64,000 nt of DNA from the NCBI GenBank assembly GCA_963697335.1, contig CAVONQ010000002.1:224001-288000 (forward strand), in the 5' to 3' direction. Positions 39,943 through 50,286 of the stretch are shown piece by piece. The notes beneath the pieces were generated by a model. It did no database searches. It saw nothing but the letters and a program-made list of their open reading frames with translations, and had not been told where the DNA came from. Position numbers and translations under genes: made by a program. The first letter of the stretch is position 1. Each line of letters begins with the position of its first letter. This DNA comes from an uncultured cyanobacterium (GTDB taxonomy: Bacteria > Cyanobacteriota > Cyanobacteriia > PCC-6307 > Cyanobiaceae).

Positions 39943-40260
39943 TCACCAGCGGTTGCCACCGCCACCGCCGTTGCCGCCACCGGCGCCGGCGAACTGGCGT
40001 CCGCCACCACCACCACCGGTGCGGGGCTCAGCCTTGTTGACACGGATGTTGCGGCCCATCCATTCGACGTTCTGAAGATCGTCGATGGCCTTGGTCTCGT
40101 CGGCCTCGTTGGCCATCTCGACAAAGGCGAACCCGCGCTTGCGACCGGTGTCACGGTCGAGGGGCAGGGTGCACTTGCGCACAGCGCCGTATTCGGAGAA
40201 CAGGTGCTGAACGTCTTCAACCTCGGCGTCGAACGAGAGGTTGCCTACGTAAATGGTCAT
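39943..40260 (-). CDS. rbp: RRM RNA-binding protein, Gly-rich (second Rbp paralog)
   Basis: MTIYVGNLSF, RGFAFVEM, Gly-rich tail. Confidence 0.95.
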   Translation of the reverse strand: MTIYVGNLSFDAEVEDVQHLFSEYGAVRKCTLPLDRDTGRKRGFAFVEMANEADETKAIDDLQNVEWMGRNIRVNKAEPRTGGGGGGRQFAGAGGGNGGGGGNRW

Positions 40261-40436
40261 GAAATCTGGTCTTTGAGTCAATGAATCGATTCTTCGAGCC
40301 CTGAGAAGAGTCGCTGGCCTAGTGGAGAAATCCTGTTGGAGCCGCCGTTTCGGAGAGAAACCTGCTGAAGACTGCTGTTGAACCTCAATCACCTTACACG
40401 ACTGAAGCAGGACACTCCGGCAGCTGGCCTGGAGGC

Positions 40437-42881
40437 TCAGGCCTTCTGGAAGGCGCTTGTGGTGGCCTCCACGGCGATCGGCCGCACGTTCCAGATCCGC
40501 TCGGCGTACTCCTGAATCGACCGATCGCTGGAGAAGAAGCCGCAGCCCATGGTGTTCGCCACCGACATGCGGGCCCAGCGGCTGGGGTCCTGCCAGCAGG
40601 CATCCACCTGCTCCTGGGCCAGGCGGTAGCTGCCGATGTCGGCCATCACCTTGAAGGGATCGTGGCTGGTGAGGTTGGCCAGCAGGGGGTAGAAGAGGTC
40701 GCGGTCGCCCTCACTGAAGTGGCCGGCGCCGATCAGCTCGATCGCGGCGCGCACCACCGGGTCTTTCTCGATCCAGGGCATGGGGTGGTAGCCCATCTGA
40801 TCAAACTCCTGCACCTGTTCAGCGGTGTGGCCGAAGAGGAAGAAATTGTCGGCCCCAACCCGGTCGCGGATTTCCACATTGGCGCCATCGAGGGTGCCGA
40901 TCGTGAGGGCGCCGTTGAGGGCCATCTTCATGTTGCCAGTGCCCGAGGCCTCCTTGCCGGCGGTGGAGATCTGCTCGGAGAGATCCACGGCGGGATAGAT
41001 CTTCTGGCCGAGGCTCACGCTGAAATTCGGCACGAACACCACCCGCAGCCGCCCCTCCATGGCGGGATCCATGTTGACGATTTCGGCGATGCCGATGATC
41101 AGGCGGATGATCAGCTTGGCCATGGCATAGCCCGGAGCCGCCTTGCCGCCGAAGATCACCGTGCGTGGCGGCAGGTCCTCGCCATTGCGTAGCCGCAGGT
41201 AGCGCTCCACCACGTGCAGGGCCGCCAGGTGCTGGCGCTTGTACTCGTGGATGCGCTTCACCTGCACATCGAAAATCGAGGCCGGATCGAGCAGCAGTCC
41301 CTGGCTCTGGTGGATGTGGCGCACCAGCCTCTGCTTGGAGGCGTCCCGCACCTGCATCCAGCGGGCCAGGAAGCCCGGATCGTCCATGTGGCCGGCGAGT
41401 TCCTGCAGATGGGTGAGATCGCGGCGCCACTGGCTGCCGATCACCTCATCCAGCAGGCTGGCCAGACCGGGGTTGGACACCAGCATCCAGCGCCTTGGGG
41501 TGACACCGTTGGTGACGTTGGTGAAGCGATCGGGCCAGAGCTCGGCAAAGTCGGAGAGCACGTGGCGACGCAGCAGCTCGCTGTGCAGTTCGGCTACACC
41601 GTTGGTCCTGTGGCAGCCCACCACGGCCAGGTTGGCCATGCGCACCTTGCGGTGGGGTCCCTCCTCGATCAACGAGAGGCGCGCCAGCTTCTCAGGCTGA
41701 CCCGGATACTTGATGCGGGCCATGCGCAGGAAGCGTGCGTTGATCTCGTAGATGATCTGCAGGTGGCGGGGCAGCAACTGCTGGAACAGCTCCACCCCCC
41801 AGGTTTCGAGCGCTTCCGGCAGCAGGGTGTGGTTGGTGTAACTGAGGCTGGCGGTGGTGACCCCCCAGGCGGTCTCCCAGTCGAGCTGGTGCTCATCGAG
41901 CAGCAGCCGCATCAGCTCCGCCACGGCAATGGCCGGGTGGGTGTCGTTGAGCTGCACGGCGAACTTGGTGTGGAACGCGCTGGCGGGCAGGCCCTGACCC
42001 TTGAGGATCCTGAACATGTCCTGCAGGGAGCAGCTCACGAAGAAGATCTGCTGGGAGAGGCGCAGGCGTTTGCCCTGCTCCATCTCATCGTTCGGATAAA
42101 GCACCTTGGAGAGGGTTTCCGACTGCATCTTGTGCAGCACGGCCTTGGTGTAGTCGCCGGCGTTGAAGGAGGCGAAGTCGAGGGCCTCAGGCGCCGCGGC
42201 GGCCCAGAGCCGCAGGGTGTTGGCGGTGCGCACGCCGTAGCCCAGGATCGGTGTGTCGTAGGCCACGCCGATCACCGTGTGCTGGCCGATCGTCACCGGG
42301 TAGCTCCACTCCGGCCGGATCACCTCCCAGGGGTTGCCCTGGGCCAGCCAGGAGTCGGTGACCTCCTGCTGGCCCCGGGAGGTGATCTGCTGACGGAAAA
42401 TGCCGAACTCGTAGCGGATGCCGTAGCCGATGGCCGGAATCTCCAGGGTGGCCATCGACTCCTGGAAACAGGCGGCCAGCCTGCCAAGACCGCCGTTGCC
42501 CAGCCCCGGTTCCGGCTCCTCGCTGATCAGTTCCTCCAGATCGAGCCCCAGCTGCTCACAGGCCGCCTCGGCCTCCTGGCGCAGGCCCAGGTTCACCAGG
42601 TTGTTGTCGAGGTGGGGGCCCAGCAGATACTCCGCCGACAGGTACACCGCCGTGCGCACCTGGGCACGGGTGTAGGTCTCGGCGGTGTCGACCCAGTTGT
42701 GCAGCAGGCGATCGCGCACCGCCAGGGCCAGGCTGCGGTAGTGGTCGTGGCGGGTCGCCAGCGAGGGGGCCTTGGCCTGGCTGAAGAACAGATGCCGCTG
42801 CATGTCTTCAGCCAGGGGCTGGTGGATGAAGCAGCTTCGGCTCGTGGAGCTGGGTTCGGCCATGGGAGCCGCGATGGGCAA
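40437..42881 (-). CDS. glgP: Glycogen/starch phosphorylase
   Basis: LGNGGLGRLAAC, QLNDTHP, KRIHEYKRQ, EASGTGNMK PLP motif. Confidence 0.96.
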   Translation of the reverse strand: MPIAAPMAEPSSTSRSCFIHQPLAEDMQRHLFFSQAKAPSLATRHDHYRSLALAVRDRLLHNWVDTAETYTRAQVRTAVYLSAEYLLGPHLDNNLVNLGLRQEAEAACEQLGLDLEELISEEPEPGLGNGGLGRLAACFQESMATLEIPAIGYGIRYEFGIFRQQITSRGQQEVTDSWLAQGNPWEVIRPEWSYPVTIGQHTVIGVAYDTPILGYGVRTANTLRLWAAAAPEALDFASFNAGDYTKAVLHKMQSETLSKVLYPNDEMEQGKRLRLSQQIFFVSCSLQDMFRILKGQGLPASAFHTKFAVQLNDTHPAIAVAELMRLLLDEHQLDWETAWGVTTASLSYTNHTLLPEALETWGVELFQQLLPRHLQIIYEINARFLRMARIKYPGQPEKLARLSLIEEGPHRKVRMANLAVVGCHRTNGVAELHSELLRRHVLSDFAELWPDRFTNVTNGVTPRRWMLVSNPGLASLLDEVIGSQWRRDLTHLQELAGHMDDPGFLARWMQVRDASKQRLVRHIHQSQGLLLDPASIFDVQVKRIHEYKRQHLAALHVVERYLRLRNGEDLPPRTVIFGGKAAPGYAMAKLIIRLIIGIAEIVNMDPAMEGRLRVVFVPNFSVSLGQKIYPAVDLSEQISTAGKEASGTGNMKMALNGALTIGTLDGANVEIRDRVGADNFFLFGHTAEQVQEFDQMGYHPMPWIEKDPVVRAAIELIGAGHFSEGDRDLFYPLLANLTSHDPFKVMADIGSYRLAQEQVDACWQDPSRWARMSVANTMGCGFFSSDRSIQEYAERIWNVRPIAVEATTSAFQKA

Positions 42882-42984
42882 GGAACGTCGGTCTGTTCTC
42901 CTGCCGGCTCAGCGGCGATGCTGTCGGGATGACTACAGAAGCCCCGACCTGTGAGGGAAGCGGGTCAGAGCTCGTCGGAGCAGC

Positions 42985-43266
42985 TCAGAGCTCGCTCTCC
43001 ATGTCGGGCTTGATCGAGCAGTCGCTCTGGGGGTAGCTCACGCACAGCAGCGCGAAGCCGGCCTCGATCTGTTCGTCGTCCAGGAAGCTCTGGTCCGACT
43101 GGTCGACGCTGCCGCTCAGCACCTTGCCGGCGCAGGTGCTGCAGGCGCCGGCCCGGCAGGAATAGGGCAGATCGATGCCGGCTTCTTCAGCCGCATCGAG
43201 GATGTACGTGTCGTCGCTGCAGCTGAAGCTGCGGCCGTCGTCGAGGCTGATGGTGAAGCTGGCCAT
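42985..43266 (-). CDS. petF: Plant-type [2Fe-2S] ferredoxin
   Basis: CRAGACSTC...LLC. Confidence 0.95.
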   Translation of the reverse strand: MASFTISLDDGRSFSCSDDTYILDAAEEAGIDLPYSCRAGACSTCAGKVLSGSVDQSDQSFLDDEQIEAGFALLCVSYPQSDCSIKPDMESEL

Positions 43267-43407
43267 GGCTAGGGAGCCCAGGGCTCACGATGGGCAAATT
43301 CCATTGCATCCCCGGCGCCGTTTCGTTCATGTGATCGGGAACACCGCTGTGATGATTCGATCACCTGGGCTCTCCTGCCCATCCCCGCCGCCGCAGGCCC
43401 GTAAGCG

Positions 43408-44019
43408 ATGACCACCCCGGCTCCGCCACCCCATGACCTGCTGCTGGTGCGCCACGGCGAGACGGCCTGGAGCCTCTCGGGCCAGCACACCGGCCGCACC
43501 GATCTGCCGCTCACCGCGCGCGGGGAAGCCCAGGCGCGCCAGCTGCAGCCTGTCCTGGTGGGGCGATCCTTCGCCCTGGTGCTCTGCAGCCCGCTGCAAC
43601 GCGCCCGCCAGACCTGTGCCCTGGCGGGACTGGCGGAGCGGGCGGTGCTCGACGCCGACCTGGAGGAGTGGGACTACGGGCGCTATGAGGGGCTCACCAC
43701 CGACCAGATCCATGCTGAGCAACCGGACTGGCTGGTGTTCAGGCACGGCTGCCCGCAGGGCGAATCCCCCGAGGCGGTGGCCCGCCGGGCGGATCGGCTG
43801 ATCACCAGGGCGCGGACGGCCGAGGGGCCGGTGGCGCTGTTCGCCCACGGCCACCTGCTGCGGGTGCTCGCCGCCCGCTGGCTGGGGCTGCCGGCGGCGG
43901 CCGGCGCCCAGCTGCTGCTCGACACGTCCTCCATCTCGGTGCTCTCGTGGTATCGGGGCATCCCGGCTCTCGGCTGCTGGAACGCCCCAGTAGCGGGTCC
44001 GGCTTGGCCTCAGAGCTGA
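43408..44019 (+). CDS. Histidine phosphatase (phosphoglycerate mutase family)
   Basis: LVRHGET, SPLQRA, EWDYG, AHG. Confidence 0.92.
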   Translation: MTTPAPPPHDLLLVRHGETAWSLSGQHTGRTDLPLTARGEAQARQLQPVLVGRSFALVLCSPLQRARQTCALAGLAERAVLDADLEEWDYGRYEGLTTDQIHAEQPDWLVFRHGCPQGESPEAVARRADRLITRARTAEGPVALFAHGHLLRVLAARWLGLPAAAGAQLLLDTSSISVLSWYRGIPALGCWNAPVAGPAWPQS

Positions 44020-45392
44020 TCGAGGGCTGAGCCCAGGGCGCTGTAGCAGTGCTCGAGCTGGGCCTCGTCGAGGCAGAGCGGCGGCAACAGGTACACCACG
44101 TTGCCGAGGGGACGCACGTACACCCCCTCGGCCAGGCAGTGGCGCTGAATCTGGCGCCCCACCGCGCTGAGGTAGCCCGGCCGGTCCACGGCCACGTCGA
44201 AGGCCGCCACGGTGCCGAGGCAGCGGGGGCGCCGCACCAGCGGCTGGCGGCTGAGGGCCTCCAGCCGCGGCCGGTGGCGAGCCTCGAAGCTGCGGTAGCG
44301 CTCCGGGCAGGCCTCCAGCAGATCGAGGCTGGCGAGGGCCGCCGCGCAGCCCAGGGGATTGGCGGTGAAGCTGTGGCCGTGGAAAAACGTGGCCAGCGGG
44401 TCGCTGCTGATGAAGCCCTGGTACAGCCGCTCGCTGGCCAGGGTCACCCCCATGGGCAGGAAGCCGCCGGTGAGCCCCTTGGAGAGGGCCATCAGGTCGG
44501 GCTGGAGTCCGGCCCGCTGGCAGGCGAACAGCGCACCGCTGCGGCCGAAGCCGGTCATCACCTCATCGGCGATCAGCAGGGCGCCGCTGGCCCGCACCCG
44601 CTCCTGAACCGCCTGCAGGAACGCCGGGCGCACCATGGCCATGCCGGAGGCTCCCTGGATCAGGGGCTCAAGGATCACCGCCGCCGTGGGCACGGCCAGG
44701 GCCCGCTCCAGGGCCTCGAGGGCCGCCTGCTCCCTCCCCTCCACGGTGGCGTCGTCCCAGCAGGTGTGGGGCCAGTCGACCCTGGCCACGGAGAACAGCC
44801 AGGGATCGAAGGGAGTGGTGAACAGGGAGCGGGCCCCCACGGCCATGGCCCCCACGGTGTCGCCGTGGTAGGCACCCTCGAAGGCGATCAGCTGGCGGCG
44901 CTCGGCCCCCTGGTTGTGCCACCACTGCCAGGCGATCTTGAGGGCCACCTCCACCGCCGTGGAGCCGTTGTCGGAGAAGAAGAGCCGCTCCAGCCCCGCC
45001 AGGGCGCTGAGCCGCTCCGCCAGGCGCTCGGCCGGGGCGTGGCTGAAGTCGGCGAAGATCACCTGCTCCAGGGCCTGACACTGGGCGCTGACGGCCGCGG
45101 CGATGCTGGCTTCGGCGTGGCCGTGCAGGGTCACCCACCAGCTGCTGATGGCATCGATCAGGGTGCGGCCGTCATCGAGCAGCAGCAGGGCGCCGCGGCC
45201 GGCCACGGCCCGCAGCGGCACCGGCGCCGTGGCCACCTGGGTGGTGGGATGCCACAGGTGCGGATGCCAGCGGGGCTGGGGATCGGAGTTCTGCGGCACG
45301 TTCTGGGGGGTGTTCTGCTGCAAGTCCTGCTGCGTGGTGGGCGGGCTGATCCGGGCTGTGGGCGGGCCAGGGGGGGAAGTCTGCTCGGCCAC
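44010..45392 (-). CDS. bioA: Adenosylmethionine-8-amino-7-oxononanoate aminotransferase
   Basis: LWHPTTQ, SWWVTLHGH, YHGDT.GAM, DEVMTGFGR, SKGLTGG, HGHSFTANP; start uncertain. Confidence 0.93.
   Translation of the reverse strand: MAEQTSPPGPPTARISPPTTQQDLQQNTPQNVPQNSDPQPRWHPHLWHPTTQVATAPVPLRAVAGRGALLLLDDGRTLIDAISSWWVTLHGHAEASIAAAVSAQCQALEQVIFADFSHAPAERLAERLSALAGLERLFFSDNGSTAVEVALKIAWQWWHNQGAERRQLIAFEGAYHGDTVGAMAVGARSLFTTPFDPWLFSVARVDWPHTCWDDATVEGREQAALEALERALAVPTAAVILEPLIQGASGMAMVRPAFLQAVQERVRASGALLIADEVMTGFGRSGALFACQRAGLQPDLMALSKGLTGGFLPMGVTLASERLYQGFISSDPLATFFHGHSFTANPLGCAAALASLDLLEACPERYRSFEARHRPRLEALSRQPLVRRPRCLGTVAAFDVAVDRPGYLSAVGRQIQRHCLAEGVYVRPLGNVVYLLPPLCLDEAQLEHCYSALGSALDQL
45288..45335. 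repeat. Four imperfect 12-bp tandem units in the bioA 5' region
   Basis: GTTCTGCGGCAC GTTCTGGGGGGT GTTCTGCTGCAA GTCCTGCTGCGT. Confidence 0.6.
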
Positions 45393-45501
45393 GGCAACAA
45401 AGGTCCATGAACGGAGGTCACGCTCTGTGAGTTTTTACCCAGGGTCCGTCAGATTTTGGACAGAGCTGGATACCTTCCCTCCACGCCCTTTTCTCCCTTC
45501 C

Positions 45502-46254
45502 ATGGCTCTGCCCCTCCTGGATGTCAAGCCCACGGCTGTGAACGCCCGGGTCGCCAATTTCATGCCGGCCACCGAGGAGTCGCCGCTGAAGGCCCCCTTC
45601 GCCCTGACACCGCTCCAGGATGCCGCCAGCGTGGATCTGCAGATCGACCAGGCCTACCGCCAGATCTTCTTCCATGCCTTCCGCAGCGACCGCGATCCGG
45701 TGCTGGAGTCGCAACTGCGCTCCGGCCAGATCCGCATGCGCGACTTCATCCGGGGCCTGCTGCTCTCCGAGAAGTTCCGCCGGGATTTCTACCGCTGCAA
45801 CAGCAACTACCAGATCGTGGAGCAGGTGGTGGGCCGGGTGCTGGGCCGGCCGGTGTACGGCGATCAGGAGCGGATTGCCTGGTCAATCCTGATCGCCGAG
45901 CAGGGTCTGCCCACGTTTGTGGATGCCCTGCTCGACTCCGAGGAGTACCTGTGCCAGTTCGGTGACGATCAGGTGCCGTTCCAGCGCTCCCGCACCCTGG
46001 CCGGCAAGGCGGTGGGCCAGGTCCCCTTCAACCAGCAGGCCCCCCGTTACGGGGCCTACTGGCGCGACACCAATGCCCGCCGCCTGCCCTCCGCTGGCTC
46101 CAGCCCCTGGCAGCCCGGTGTGCCCAGGCCCGCCTGGCTGCGCGACCAGCCCAGCCCCCTGGCCCGCAAGATCTGGAGCGGCACGATCCTCTTTGGTGCC
46201 GGCTTCCTCAGTGTGGTCGGGCTGATCACCGTGGTCGCCATGCTGAGCACCTGA
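45502..46254 (+). CDS. cpcL: Phycobilisome rod-membrane linker CpcL (CpcG2)
   Basis: MALPLL, AYRQIFFHAF..DR...LESQLR, FNQQAPRYGAYWR, hydrophobic C-terminal helix. Confidence 0.88.
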   Translation: MALPLLDVKPTAVNARVANFMPATEESPLKAPFALTPLQDAASVDLQIDQAYRQIFFHAFRSDRDPVLESQLRSGQIRMRDFIRGLLLSEKFRRDFYRCNSNYQIVEQVVGRVLGRPVYGDQERIAWSILIAEQGLPTFVDALLDSEEYLCQFGDDQVPFQRSRTLAGKAVGQVPFNQQAPRYGAYWRDTNARRLPSAGSSPWQPGVPRPAWLRDQPSPLARKIWSGTILFGAGFLSVVGLITVVAMLST

Positions 46255-46258
46255 GCCC

Positions 46259-46942
46259 TCAGGGGCTGGGTGGGGCTGGCTTCTCGCTGTCCTGAAGGGA
46301 GGGAAAACTCTCACGGATGGCAGTGGCCAGCTCCTGGCGGATGCTGGAGCGGAAGCCTGGGGCGGCCTCGGCCGTCAGCACCGGATAGGTCTGGTCGCTG
46401 TTCGCCTCGCCCCGCAGGGGCTTCCAGCTGGTGCTCTCCCGTTGCTTCAGTTCCGCCACAGGGGCCTGGAAGTCAAAGGTGAGGCTGCGGACGCCCTGGC
46501 CCAGGGCTGCGATCCAGGCCTCCCGCCGCTCCTGCAGGCCTCGGGCCTTGAGGGTGTCGGGCAGGCCCAGCACGGGCTGGTAGTGATCCAGCACGGCCAG
46601 CTCCTCCTCCAGCAGCACGCGCCAGGCGCCGATCTCCCCTTCCGCCAGCTGCTGCCCGGCTTCGCTGGCCGCCATGGCATCGCGGTGCAGGGCCAGCCAG
46701 CGGTAGTGGGACTTCTCCTGAAGCGTCTTCTTCTGGGCCGACTTCCCTTTCTGGCGTTTGGGCAGCAAGGCCTCGGCCTTGCGCAGGAAGGCCCGATCCT
46801 CCGGCTCGAGGTTGATCGCTCCCCAGCGCTGGCGGTACTCCCAGAGTTCCTCATAGCGGCGCAGGTCCTCAGCGGGCCAGCCCAGGGCCTGCAGTTCCTC
46901 GGTCCTGCTGCTCTCGTCCTTCACCACCACCAGCTCACGCAA
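46259..46942 (-). CDS. Hypothetical protein
   Basis: Long coding-like ORF (ELWEYRQRWGAINLE). Confidence 0.75.
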   Translation of the reverse strand: MRELVVVKDESSRTEELQALGWPAEDLRRYEELWEYRQRWGAINLEPEDRAFLRKAEALLPKRQKGKSAQKKTLQEKSHYRWLALHRDAMAASEAGQQLAEGEIGAWRVLLEEELAVLDHYQPVLGLPDTLKARGLQERREAWIAALGQGVRSLTFDFQAPVAELKQRESTSWKPLRGEANSDQTYPVLTAEAAPGFRSSIRQELATAIRESFPSLQDSEKPAPPSP

Positions 46943-46963
46943 GGTTGCTGGGCAGCGTAAGGG

Positions 46964-47599
46964 TCAGCCCAGGGCCTGGCGCAGGGCCACCACGGCGAAC
47001 AGCAGGAACAGGCCGCCCCCCAGGCGGTAGAGCAGGCGCTCATCCACCCTGTCGCCGATCCAGCGGCCGGACCCCACCGCCAGGGCCGTGACCAGGGCGT
47101 GGCCCAGCAGGGTGCCGGCCAGCAGCCCGATGAAGGTGAAGCCCGGGGCGGTGGCCAGCACGATCGTGGCCAGCTGGGTGCGATCGCCCAGCTCGGCGAT
47201 GAACACCAGGGCGAAGGCCTCCCAGATCACGGCCAGGGGTCGGCTGCTGAGCAGTTGTCGATCGGCGGCGATCACGGCCTGCTCCGCTTCCTGGGCCTCG
47301 CCCCGGGCCGCATCGGCCGGCAGCGTCTGGGCCTCCAGCAACAGCCGGATGCCGAACACCAGGAAGAGGCCGCCCGCCAGCCAGGGCAGCAGACGCACCG
47401 GCAGCAGCTCCCGCAGGCCGTAACCCACCCCCAGGGAGAGCAGGGTGACCACCGCCAGGGCCGCGAAACTGCCCAGGAACACCCAGCGACGCGGGTGCCG
47501 CACCGCCAGGATCAGGGCCATGAAGAAGGTCTTGTCGCCGAGCTCCGCCACGGTGATGGCGCTCAGGCCGGAGCCGAAGGCAGCCAGGCCCGGATCCAT
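46964..47599 (-). CDS. TMEM165/GDT1 (UPF0016) Mn2+/Ca2+ transporter
   Basis: Two ELGDKT / ELGDRT motifs. Confidence 0.92.
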   Translation of the reverse strand: MDPGLAAFGSGLSAITVAELGDKTFFMALILAVRHPRRWVFLGSFAALAVVTLLSLGVGYGLRELLPVRLLPWLAGGLFLVFGIRLLLEAQTLPADAARGEAQEAEQAVIAADRQLLSSRPLAVIWEAFALVFIAELGDRTQLATIVLATAPGFTFIGLLAGTLLGHALVTALAVGSGRWIGDRVDERLLYRLGGGLFLLFAVVALRQALG

Positions 47600-47681
47600 G
47601 CTCACCGCCCCAACCCCCAGTGTGCCCCTTTAATACCACCAAAGCGGCGGCTGCCACCGCTCGACGGCCCCGGTCCGCCGG

Positions 47682-48128
47682 TCAGCGCACCACCAGCACC
47701 GGACAGGGGCTCTGGGTCAGCACCCGCTGGGTCTCGCTGCCGAGCAGCAGCCCCTGGAGCCCGCGCCGGCCGTGGGAGGCCATCACGATCAGGTCGCAGG
47801 CCTCGCTGCGGGCCTCCTCCAGGATCGCCATCGCGGGCTGGGCACTGATCCGCTTCACCACCTCAGCGGCCACGCCGGCCTGCTGCGCCGTGGCGGCGGC
47901 GGCGGCCAGGATCTGCTCGGATTGCTGCTGGGCCGCCTGCATCAGCGCCTCGATGGCGCTGGTGTCCACCAGTTGCCCCGCCCCCACCAGGGATACCGGC
48001 AAGGTGCCCTGCACGGTGAGGATGCGCAGGCGAGCCCCGAGGGCGCCGGCCAGGGCGAGGGCCTGCTCCAGGGCCCGCTGCGACAGGGCCGAACCATCGG
48101 TGGCGACAAGCAGGTGCTGAAAGGTCAT
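47682..48128 (-). CDS. Universal stress protein
   Basis: LVATDGS, DLIVMASHGRRG..LLGSET..VL. Confidence 0.93.
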   Translation of the reverse strand: MTFQHLLVATDGSALSQRALEQALALAGALGARLRILTVQGTLPVSLVGAGQLVDTSAIEALMQAAQQQSEQILAAAAATAQQAGVAAEVVKRISAQPAMAILEEARSEACDLIVMASHGRRGLQGLLLGSETQRVLTQSPCPVLVVR

Positions 48129-48195
48129 GGCGGAGCCCGGGGCCTCTTCCAGGTTTAGCCCCGCCGCCACCGTGGCGCCCGGGCTGGGCGCCGCC

Positions 48196-50283
48196 TCAGT
48201 GCAGCGGATCGCTGATCACCAGCACGGAGATGGGCAGGCGGCGCATCAGCCGCCCCATGCGGTCGCCGGCGGGAATCGGCAGTCCGGCCACCAGGCGCCG
48301 TTGGGAGCGCAGGATCACCAGGTCGTGGCGGCGGGCCGCCGCCACGATGCAGGCGTCGATGCTCTGGTCGGACCGGATCTCCACCGTGATCGGCACGGCG
48401 GCGGCCTGCGCCTCGGTGCCGGGCTGCCAGCGGGCCAGTTGGGCCTCCACCGCAGCCCGCTGCTGGCTGCTCTGTCCGAGGTCGGGCACGTGCAGCAGGG
48501 TGATGCTGCCGTCCAGGGCGGCGGCCAGCCGCTCGGCCAGCTGAAACTGCTCCAGGGCACCGGCGGTCACGTCCTTGATGGGCACCAGGAGCCGCTTCAG
48601 GCTGGCGGGATCCCGGCGCAGGCCGGCCACCACCACAGGGCAGCTCACCTGGCGGCAGGTGGCCTCCACCAGATCGCCGAACAGCCACTGGCCGAGCCTC
48701 CCCGGGCGAGCCAGGCCCATCAGGACCAGGTCACTGGCCTGCTCCATCGCCACCCGGGCAATGCCGGCCGCCACATCACTGTCCACCCGCAGCAGGGGCT
48801 GGCAGGGCACCTGATCGGCTCTGGCGATGCCGCTGGCGGTGTGGAGCAGCTCGCGGGCCCGGCCCAGACTCGCCGCCATCGCCGAGGGGCTGGAGTGCCC
48901 GGCTTCCGCCTGCCGCGGCGACACCACCGCCAGGGGCAGCACCAGGCCCGGATCCTGTGAGGAGCCACCGATCAGCAGCCCGGCCAGGGCGAACAGCCGG
49001 GCCTCACTGTTCGGATTCGACACCGGCAGGAGCACCCGCAGGGAACGCCTCACCAGGGCCAGGCGGCCGGTCGCCTCGGCCGTGAGGGAGGCGGCCGCCG
49101 CCTGGGCCAGCCTGGGGATCGCCTGGGCGGTGAGGGCGGGGCCGAGGGTGGCGGTCACCACCATCATCGCCAGCACGCTGTTGAGCACTGCGGCATCAAA
49201 CAGGCCGGCCCGAAATCCCACGAAGGTGGCCGCCAGGGTGGCCGCCACCTGGGGCAGGGACAGCGACCACAGGGTGAGCACCTGGGTGCGGTTGTAGCGG
49301 TAGATCCAGCCGGCCCAGAGGGCGGCCAGCCCCTTGGTGGTGATCAGCGTGGCGATCAGGGCGATGGCGAAGGGGCTGCCCAGGATCGTTCTGAAGAAGG
49401 TGGGCAGGTCGAGCAGCAGCCCCAGGTCGATGAAGAAGATCGGGATGAACAGGGCCGCCCCCACGAACACCACCTGCTCCTTCACCCTCCCTTCCGGCAG
49501 CACGCGGTTGACCGCCAGGCCCGCCAGGAAGGCGCCCACGATCTTCTCCACCCCTGCCAGTTCGGCCCCCAGACCCGCCACAAACAGGGTCAGCAGCACG
49601 GCCACAAACAGCTGGCTGTCGTTGTTGACGCTGCGGCGCACCAGGCCCGTGCCCAGCCGGGTGATCGTGCCCACCAGCAGCAGGGCGAACAGGGCCACCT
49701 TGCCCAGCAGCAGGGCCACTGCCGGCGCTGAGAGTTCGCCGCGGCTCAACCCCATGCAGAGGGCGAGCAGCAGCAGGGCGGCCAGGTCGGTGAAGATCGT
49801 GCCGCCGATGGCCACCACCACCGATTCCTCCCCCACGGCGCCGTAGCTGCGCACGATCGGATAGCCCAGGGGGGTGTGGGAGGCCAGCACCGAGCCCAGC
49901 AGCACGGCGCTCAGAGGCGTGTAGCCGTAGGCCAGGGCCAGGGCGGCCCCCCCCAGCAGCGGCAGGCTGAAGGTGAGCAGGCCGAACTGGAAGGAGCGCT
50001 GGCGGATGCGGGCGAATTCGGCCAGGTCGATCTCCAGCCCTGCGATGAACAGCAGGTAGATCACGCCGATGTCGGAGAGCAGGCCCACGGTGGGGCCCTC
50101 GGTCTGCAGCCACCCCAGGCCATAGGGGCCGATCAGCACCCCGGCAGCCAACAGGCCCACCAGATCGGGCAGCCGCAGCCAGCGGGCCAGGGGGGGCACC
50201 AGCACGCTCAGGCTGAGCAGCAGGGCGAACACGGCCAGGGGTGATCCCTGCAGGAAGGCGGCCATGCCGCTGCTGGGGGCCAT
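48196..50283 (-). CDS. Cation:proton antiporter with C-terminal USP-like domains
   Basis: Multi-TM Na+/H+ exchanger domain (LLFIAGLEID, TIFTD, GAFLAG) plus USP-like tail. Confidence 0.9.
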   Translation of the reverse strand: MAPSSGMAAFLQGSPLAVFALLLSLSVLVPPLARWLRLPDLVGLLAAGVLIGPYGLGWLQTEGPTVGLLSDIGVIYLLFIAGLEIDLAEFARIRQRSFQFGLLTFSLPLLGGAALALAYGYTPLSAVLLGSVLASHTPLGYPIVRSYGAVGEESVVVAIGGTIFTDLAALLLLALCMGLSRGELSAPAVALLLGKVALFALLLVGTITRLGTGLVRRSVNNDSQLFVAVLLTLFVAGLGAELAGVEKIVGAFLAGLAVNRVLPEGRVKEQVVFVGAALFIPIFFIDLGLLLDLPTFFRTILGSPFAIALIATLITTKGLAALWAGWIYRYNRTQVLTLWSLSLPQVAATLAATFVGFRAGLFDAAVLNSVLAMMVVTATLGPALTAQAIPRLAQAAAASLTAEATGRLALVRRSLRVLLPVSNPNSEARLFALAGLLIGGSSQDPGLVLPLAVVSPRQAEAGHSSPSAMAASLGRARELLHTASGIARADQVPCQPLLRVDSDVAAGIARVAMEQASDLVLMGLARPGRLGQWLFGDLVEATCRQVSCPVVVAGLRRDPASLKRLLVPIKDVTAGALEQFQLAERLAAALDGSITLLHVPDLGQSSQQRAAVEAQLARWQPGTEAQAAAVPITVEIRSDQSIDACIVAAARRHDLVILRSQRRLVAGLPIPAGDRMGRLMRRLPISVLVISDPLH

Positions 50284-50286
50284 GGC

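Noticed and set aside
47600..47681. yybP-ykoY Mn riboswitch upstream of the GDT1 transporter
   Set aside because: Short spacer without the characteristic GGGGAGUAG-type core; looks like a simple promoter (TG-G-TATTAA)
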